Assembly: GCA_024653485.1 (NCBI GenBank)
Contig: JANLFY010000003.1
Location: 112,686-176,685 of the forward strand
Direction of reading: 5' to 3'
DNA from: Bacillota bacterium
GTDB lineage: Bacteria; Bacillota; SHA-98; UBA4971
Length of the DNA: 64,000 nucleotides
Shown: one piece after another, positions 59,423 to 64,000 of the stretch
Layout: each line of letters begins with the position of its first letter
Numbering within the stretch: position 1 is the first letter of the stretch
The notes under the pieces: model-generated
Databases searched by the model: none
Told to the model about the DNA's origin: nothing
The model's input: only the letters and a program-made list of their open reading frames with translations
Translations under genes and position numbers: made by a program

Positions 59423-59510
59423 TCTTCATCATTCCTTCCCGTCATCACCGCAGCACTGTCAAGCCGCCGCAGACGCAAGTCGTTACAGACGCTGTCCTTG
59501 GAACGCCTGC

Positions 59511-60056
59511 CTAATGGATCACTACCACGGAATAGCCTCTCTCCTCGATTTCGTCGGCAAGTCGCTCCGCGTTGGCTCTGTCCGCGAAAGCCCCCACTTG
59601 GACCCTGTAAGGCGCGCCCCCGGTCACGAACCCAGGGTACCCTGCTTTGCCGAGCTCTCGAGCTAGGGCTTCGGCTCCAGTCCTGTCGTCAAACTCGCCG
59701 ACCTGGACCCGGTACAGCGTCTGGCCACCGGACGCTGCCGGCACCTGGGCCACCGGCGTCGACCCTTCGGTCCCGGTCATACCGGTTCCGCCAGCCTGAG
59801 ATGGTGCCGCTTCGGGCGCGGCCGCTCCCGCCTGACCGGATGGTGTCGATCCGGCGTCGCCCAGAGACCCTGCGGGAGAGATCTGGTCTGTCTCCTGAGC
59901 GACCTCGTTGCCAGCGGACCCGGGACCGGACGTGAGAAGGCCGAAAGCGTACTTGCCCATGAGAACGCCGAGCCCGATGGCGAACGCCGCCATCACCGCG
60001 AGCATCAGCACCATGGACAGGCTCTGACCTACCCTTCCCCTTCTCTCAGGCATCAT
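59511..60056 (-). CDS. SPOR-domain protein (peptidoglycan-binding, N-terminal TM anchor)
   Basis: Two SPOR-like repeats YRVQVGEFDDRTGAEALARELGKAGYPGFV and YRVQVGAFADRANAERLADEIEERGY, with a TM helix and Gly/Ala/Ser linker. Confidence 0.7.
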   Translation of the reverse strand: MMPERRGRVGQSLSMVLMLAVMAAFAIGLGVLMGKYAFGLLTSGPGSAGNEVAQETDQISPAGSLGDAGSTPSGQAGAAAPEAAPSQAGGTGMTGTEGSTPVAQVPAASGGQTLYRVQVGEFDDRTGAEALARELGKAGYPGFVTGGAPYRVQVGAFADRANAERLADEIEERGYSVVVIH

Positions 60057-60086
60057 GGATACCCCCCTCAGTCTTCTGATACTATA

Positions 60087-62120
60087 CTACTCCCAGGTGC
60101 GAGCACATTCCTCCCGTGTGCGGCCACACTCTGAATCGCGCGCCCATGGCGGGCGCATGTGCAGCTCGATCGGCACCACCCGCGTGTTGCGAATACCACC
60201 GTCCAACTTCGCGAGAACGTCGGGGGTCGCGCACGCGAACACCACGGGGAGGTTGCGCCTTGCGGCTAGCTCGTGCGCGAGTCGGGTACCCCGCAGCACG
60301 TCGCGCGGGGTGGTCTCGTCCCCCATGTGCGTGTTGCTCACGATCCCGGTGAAAGTCAGCCCGGAGGCCTCCTCAATCGACTCCAGCATGTCTTCGGCAC
60401 CCTCAACGTCCCTTGTGAAAGGCCGGTTGGCATTGACCACGAAGAACATGTCGTAACCCGCCCCCTCGAAGTGGGCGGAGTACCTCGCCAACGCCCTCGC
60501 TCCGACGGGGTCTCCGCCCACATCGAAGACTATTGTCGCGGTCTCGTCGTGGAAAGCCCGAAGAATCGCCGGAGCCAGGGCCGGCAGGTCCGCCGCCTCG
60601 AACCCGGGAGCAGACGATATTACCTCCACGCCCCGGCTTTCCATCTCTCGGGCAGCTTCGCGCGACCTGAAGTAGGGATTCACAATGTCCAAATCGACCA
60701 CGACCACGCGGGCGCCGTCCCGCCGCTTCAAGCTGGCGAAGTTGAGGGAGACTTCCGTCTTGCCCGATCCATAGGCGCCGGTGAAGACCACTATCCTTCG
60801 TGTCATGGGGAGGGTGCCCGCAATTGACAGGAGGTGATTTCTCACCTCGCCCACCAAGTACAGAGACCCGCACACGAGGAGCACACCGTCATGCCCCGCG
60901 CACTTCAGCCCTTCGTCCACTGCTTCCACTGCGTTCTCCCTCACCAGACCCGGGCAACCCGCGCGCAGCGCAAGTGAGACTATGGAGCGCGGATCGACGG
61001 CTCCCAAACGCGATGACGAGGCGGTCGTCGCTATCACCTGCGACGCGAAACCCGCCACCTCGCGCACCATGTCCTCCACCTGTTTGTCCCTGGAGATCCC
61101 GACGACCGCTGTGACCCGCCGCCCTCCAGTTACCTCCGGAACAGCCAGGGCGAGCCTTCTCACACCATCCAGGTTGTGAGCGCCGTCGACCATCACCAGA
61201 GGGCGTCTCTGAAGCACCTCCAGCCGCCCGGGCCACTCGACAAGCTTGAATCCTCGCTTCACGGCCTCCCGAGTCAGATGGACTCCGATACCGCCAAGGA
61301 CCTGCGCGACCCCTACGACGCATGCGGCGTTCTCCACCTGGTGCTGGCCAAGGAGCGGGATCTCGAACTCTCCGAAATCGCGACCGCGTACCCACGCGCG
61401 AAATCTTTGCCCCTCCTCGTTGCAGGAGGTGCGCTCGCAGTGAACGTCTTCGCCCACGACTAGGGCGGGGGCGGCCCTCTCAGCGGCCGCTCGCTTTATC
61501 ACCTCGAGCGCCGGGGGGTGCTGCACCCCGACTACCACGGGCACTCCCCGCTTGATGATGCCCGCTTTCTCGCCGGCGATCTCTTCTATCGTGCCGCCGA
61601 GTCTTTCGCGGTGATCCAAGTCAACGTGAGTGATGACGGACACGAGCGGCGTAATGACGTTCGTGGCGTCCAGCCTGCCGCCCAGACCCACCTCTATCAC
61701 GGCGTAGTCCACGCGCTCTTCCGCAAAATACAGGAATGCCATGACTGTGCCCATTTCGAATTCGGTCGGCGCGCCCAATGACGACTGTGAGGCCATCCTC
61801 TCGAAATGGGGCCGCAGTGTGGTGACGAGTTCCGCCAGGCGCCTCCTCGGCATGGGCCTGCCGTCAACTCGTATGCGCTCGGTGTACGACGATAGGTGGG
61901 GAGACGTGTACAGCCCAACGCGGAACCCCGCGGCGCGAAGCACTGAAGCCGTCATGGCCGCGACCGAACCCTTGCCGTTGGTTCCCGCCACGTGGACGGC
62001 CTTCAGCTTGAGATGGGGCAAGCCTGTGGCATCGAGTAAGGCGAGAGTCCGGTCGAGGCCGAGGCTTACTCCGAACTTCCCCAGGTTGTGCAGGAATGTG
62101 ATGGCCTCTTCGTACTCCAT
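60087..62120 (-). CDS. folC: Folylpolyglutamate synthase/dihydrofolate synthase FolC fused in-frame to a C-terminal ~239-aa P-loop NTPase domain of unknown function
   Basis: N-terminal ~435 aa is a Mur-ligase-type FolC (HVAGTNGKGSVAAM, ...GSLYLVGEVR). It continues without a stop into MTRRIVVFTGAYGSGKTEVSL...VVVVDLDIVNPYF...FDVGGDP...FFVVNANRP. Start chosen at MEYEEAITFLH (62120); the track ORF extends to 62216 and overlaps nth. Confidence 0.7.
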   Translation of the reverse strand: MEYEEAITFLHNLGKFGVSLGLDRTLALLDATGLPHLKLKAVHVAGTNGKGSVAAMTASVLRAAGFRVGLYTSPHLSSYTERIRVDGRPMPRRRLAELVTTLRPHFERMASQSSLGAPTEFEMGTVMAFLYFAEERVDYAVIEVGLGGRLDATNVITPLVSVITHVDLDHRERLGGTIEEIAGEKAGIIKRGVPVVVGVQHPPALEVIKRAAAERAAPALVVGEDVHCERTSCNEEGQRFRAWVRGRDFGEFEIPLLGQHQVENAACVVGVAQVLGGIGVHLTREAVKRGFKLVEWPGRLEVLQRRPLVMVDGAHNLDGVRRLALAVPEVTGGRRVTAVVGISRDKQVEDMVREVAGFASQVIATTASSSRLGAVDPRSIVSLALRAGCPGLVRENAVEAVDEGLKCAGHDGVLLVCGSLYLVGEVRNHLLSIAGTLPMTRRIVVFTGAYGSGKTEVSLNFASLKRRDGARVVVVDLDIVNPYFRSREAAREMESRGVEVISSAPGFEAADLPALAPAILRAFHDETATIVFDVGGDPVGARALARYSAHFEGAGYDMFFVVNANRPFTRDVEGAEDMLESIEEASGLTFTGIVSNTHMGDETTPRDVLRGTRLAHELAARRNLPVVFACATPDVLAKLDGGIRNTRVVPIELHMRPPWARDSECGRTREECARTWE

Positions 62121-62134
62121 TAAGGCTTTCTTCG

Positions 62135-62824
62135 CTATAGCTGAGCGTTTTCCTTCCCCGATCGACATTCGGGAGCGAGCGGGCACCCGTCGCACTTGGG
62201 CCTTTGCGGCCTGCATCGGCGCCGTCCGTGAGAGATCATGTTGACGTGCATGGAGTACACGAGTTCCGGAGGGATCCGTGCCCCCAGGACTTCATGAGCA
62301 GATTCCGCTCCACACCTTGCGTGCACCAACCCGAGGCGCTTCGCCACCCGCAGAACGTGCGTGTCCACGGGGAACACGGGAAGACCGCACCCAAAGAGTA
62401 GAGTGCAGGCACAGGTCTTGGGGCCGACGCCTTCGAAAGACAGGAGGTATTCCCTGGCCGCCTCCACACCGAGTCCCGCGAGGAAGTCTAGGGATAGACG
62501 CCCCCTCTCGCGATGCAGGCGCTCCAGTATCCGTTTTATCCTGGCCGCCTTGACCCGGGCAAGGCCACCTTCCCTTATGGCCTCAGCGACCTCGTCCACA
62601 TCGGCCTTCCTCACGCACTCCCACGAGGGAAACCTTTCCTTCAGCCTTCGAAACGCCCTCTCGGAGTTGACGTCGGACGTATTCTGGGAAAGCACAGTCG
62701 CCAGGAGGGTGTCCAAGGGGTCCTCCCTTCTTGGGCGAGGACCCCCGTACGCCTCCTCTAGAAGCGCCGCGATTCGCCGCACTCGACTGTCGAGGTCGTC
62801 GTGACTTGTGGTGTCCAATCTCAC
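62135..62824 (-). CDS. nth: Endonuclease III family DNA glycosylase (HhH-GPD, [4Fe-4S])
   Basis: LLATVLSQNTSDVNSERAF...GVGPKTCACTLLF...FPVDTHVLRVAKRLGL and C-terminal CRPQRPKCDGCPLAPEC cluster. Confidence 0.8.
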   Translation of the reverse strand: MRLDTTSHDDLDSRVRRIAALLEEAYGGPRPRREDPLDTLLATVLSQNTSDVNSERAFRRLKERFPSWECVRKADVDEVAEAIREGGLARVKAARIKRILERLHRERGRLSLDFLAGLGVEAAREYLLSFEGVGPKTCACTLLFGCGLPVFPVDTHVLRVAKRLGLVHARCGAESAHEVLGARIPPELVYSMHVNMISHGRRRCRPQRPKCDGCPLAPECRSGKENAQL

Positions 62825-62855
62825 GCCTCCGCTGATCAGACTCTCGCGGTCGCCG

Positions 62856-64000
62856 TCAGGCCCTTAGGTCCTGAAGAAGGGCCGCGAGACGCTCCCGCTT
62901 TTCGGCGTACTCCCCCCGCCGCGCCCTCTCTCGATCGATGACCTCCTCTGAGGCCTTCTCCAAGAACCCCGGGTTCGAGAGCTTGCGCTCCGCTGCCTCC
63001 AGCGCCGCCTCGGCCGCCCTCATGTCCCTTTCCAGGCGCCGAATCTCCGACTCCAAGTCGATAATGCCCCCAAGCGGCACGTATACTTCGACCCCGGCCA
63101 CAACCGCGTGGGCCGCCTTCTCCGGCTTGTGTTCAAGCTCCTTCTCAACTCTCAGCCTCTCCAGACCGGCTAAGCGCATCACGAGGTCCCGGCCCGTCTG
63201 CAGGGCTTGCGCCGTCCTGCCCTCCGCCACCGCGACCGCGGCGACCTTCTTCTGAGCGGGCACGTTCATTTCGGACCTTATACTGCGGATGGCTCTCGTT
63301 ACGCTCATGATGGTGACCATTTCCGCCTCCGCGTCAGGATCGTCCAACCTTTCTTCGAACGTTGGCCAAGCCGATACCATGACGCTGCCGGACGTCCCGG
63401 GCAGCCTCCGCCAAATCCCCTCTGTAATGAACGGCATGAATGGGTGAAGCAACCGAAGAACCTTCCCCAACGTCTCCCAGAGCACGAACCTCGCGGTCGA
63501 GCGGGCCAGGTCGTCGCTTCCGTACAGACGCGCCTTGGAGATCTCGATGTACCAGTCGCAGAATTCATCCCACGTGAAGTCGTACAACGCCCGTGCGGCC
63601 TCACCGACCTCGTACGAGCGGAGGTGCGAGTCCACCTCTTGCGCCACCCTGTTCACTCTGCTGCGAATCCACCTGTCAGCAGGAAGCAAGCGCAAGGCCC
63701 TCTCGTCGACATTCGCCGGATCGAAGTCGCCCAAGTTCATCAGGACGAACCTGGCAGCGTTCCATAGCTTGTTCGCGAAGTTCCGGCTGGCCTCGAGACG
63801 CTCCTCGCGGAACCGCATGTCATTCCCAGGGGTGTTCCCGCTGACAAGGGTGAATCTCAGCACGTCCGCGCCGCACCTGTCCACGACCTCCAGAGGATCT
63901 ACTCCGGTGCCTAGAGACTTGCTCATCTTCTTCCCGCTCGCTGCCCTCACGAGCCCATGGATGAACACGTCGCGGAACGGAACGTTCCCCATGAACTCGA
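62856..64000 (-). CDS. valS: Valine--tRNA ligase, C-terminal part (gene continues beyond window)
   Basis: KMSKS motif (GKKMSKSLGTGVDP), anticodon-binding domain and C-terminal coiled-coil (EIRRLERDMRAAEAALEAAERKL). The reading frame is open past position 64000. Confidence 0.85.
   Translation of the reverse strand, partial: EFMGNVPFRDVFIHGLVRAASGKKMSKSLGTGVDPLEVVDRCGADVLRFTLVSGNTPGNDMRFREERLEASRNFANKLWNAARFVLMNLGDFDPANVDERALRLLPADRWIRSRVNRVAQEVDSHLRSYEVGEAARALYDFTWDEFCDWYIEISKARLYGSDDLARSTARFVLWETLGKVLRLLHPFMPFITEGIWRRLPGTSGSVMVSAWPTFEERLDDPDAEAEMVTIMSVTRAIRSIRSEMNVPAQKKVAAVAVAEGRTAQALQTGRDLVMRLAGLERLRVEKELEHKPEKAAHAVVAGVEVYVPLGGIIDLESEIRRLERDMRAAEAALEAAERKLSNPGFLEKASEEVIDRERARRGEYAEKRERLAALLQDLRA

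Overview
High-GC (~65-68%) chromosomal segment from a spore-forming Firmicute, probably a Clostridia-type anaerobe. Almost every gene is on the minus strand; only rpsT and an α/β-type SASP gene are on the plus strand. Gene order resembles the Bacillus/Clostridium core.

Content, low to high coordinates:
- Stress and sporulation core: a partial group II (thermosome-like) chaperonin downstream of hrcA with a perfect CIRCE operator, followed by two small membrane proteins, spoIIP, gpr, rpsT and holA.
- An inserted sugar ABC transporter operon carrying a large secreted PHP/CehA-type multidomain protein.
- comEC, comEA and tRNA-Ala(GGC), followed by rsfS and an RRM RNA-binding protein that has a ~300-nt promoter-to-terminator leader, then nadD, obg and rpmA-rplU (no prp).
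- RNase G with the conserved radical SAM pair TIGR03960/TIGR03936.
- A spoIVFB/M23-peptidase/rodA/minCDE/mrdA/mreBCD/radC/maf cell-shape and division block.
- apbE, an α/β-type SASP and the rnfCDGEAB operon.
- An ndk-fhs-nfnB-nfnA redox cluster and rex.
- An electron-bifurcating-type [FeFe] hydrogenase (hydABC plus a 2Fe-2S ferredoxin) with an upstream HydS-type sensory cluster.
- A SPOR-domain protein, a folC gene fused in-frame to an unidentified P-loop NTPase domain, nth, and the 3' part of valS.

No rRNA, CRISPR array or obvious mobile element was seen. Most content is conserved housekeeping, sporulation and energy metabolism. The observations I could not explain are listed as findings: the long structured leader, the FolC–P-loop fusion, the bacterial group II chaperonin, the PHP protein inside the ABC operon, and the direct repeats next to rex.
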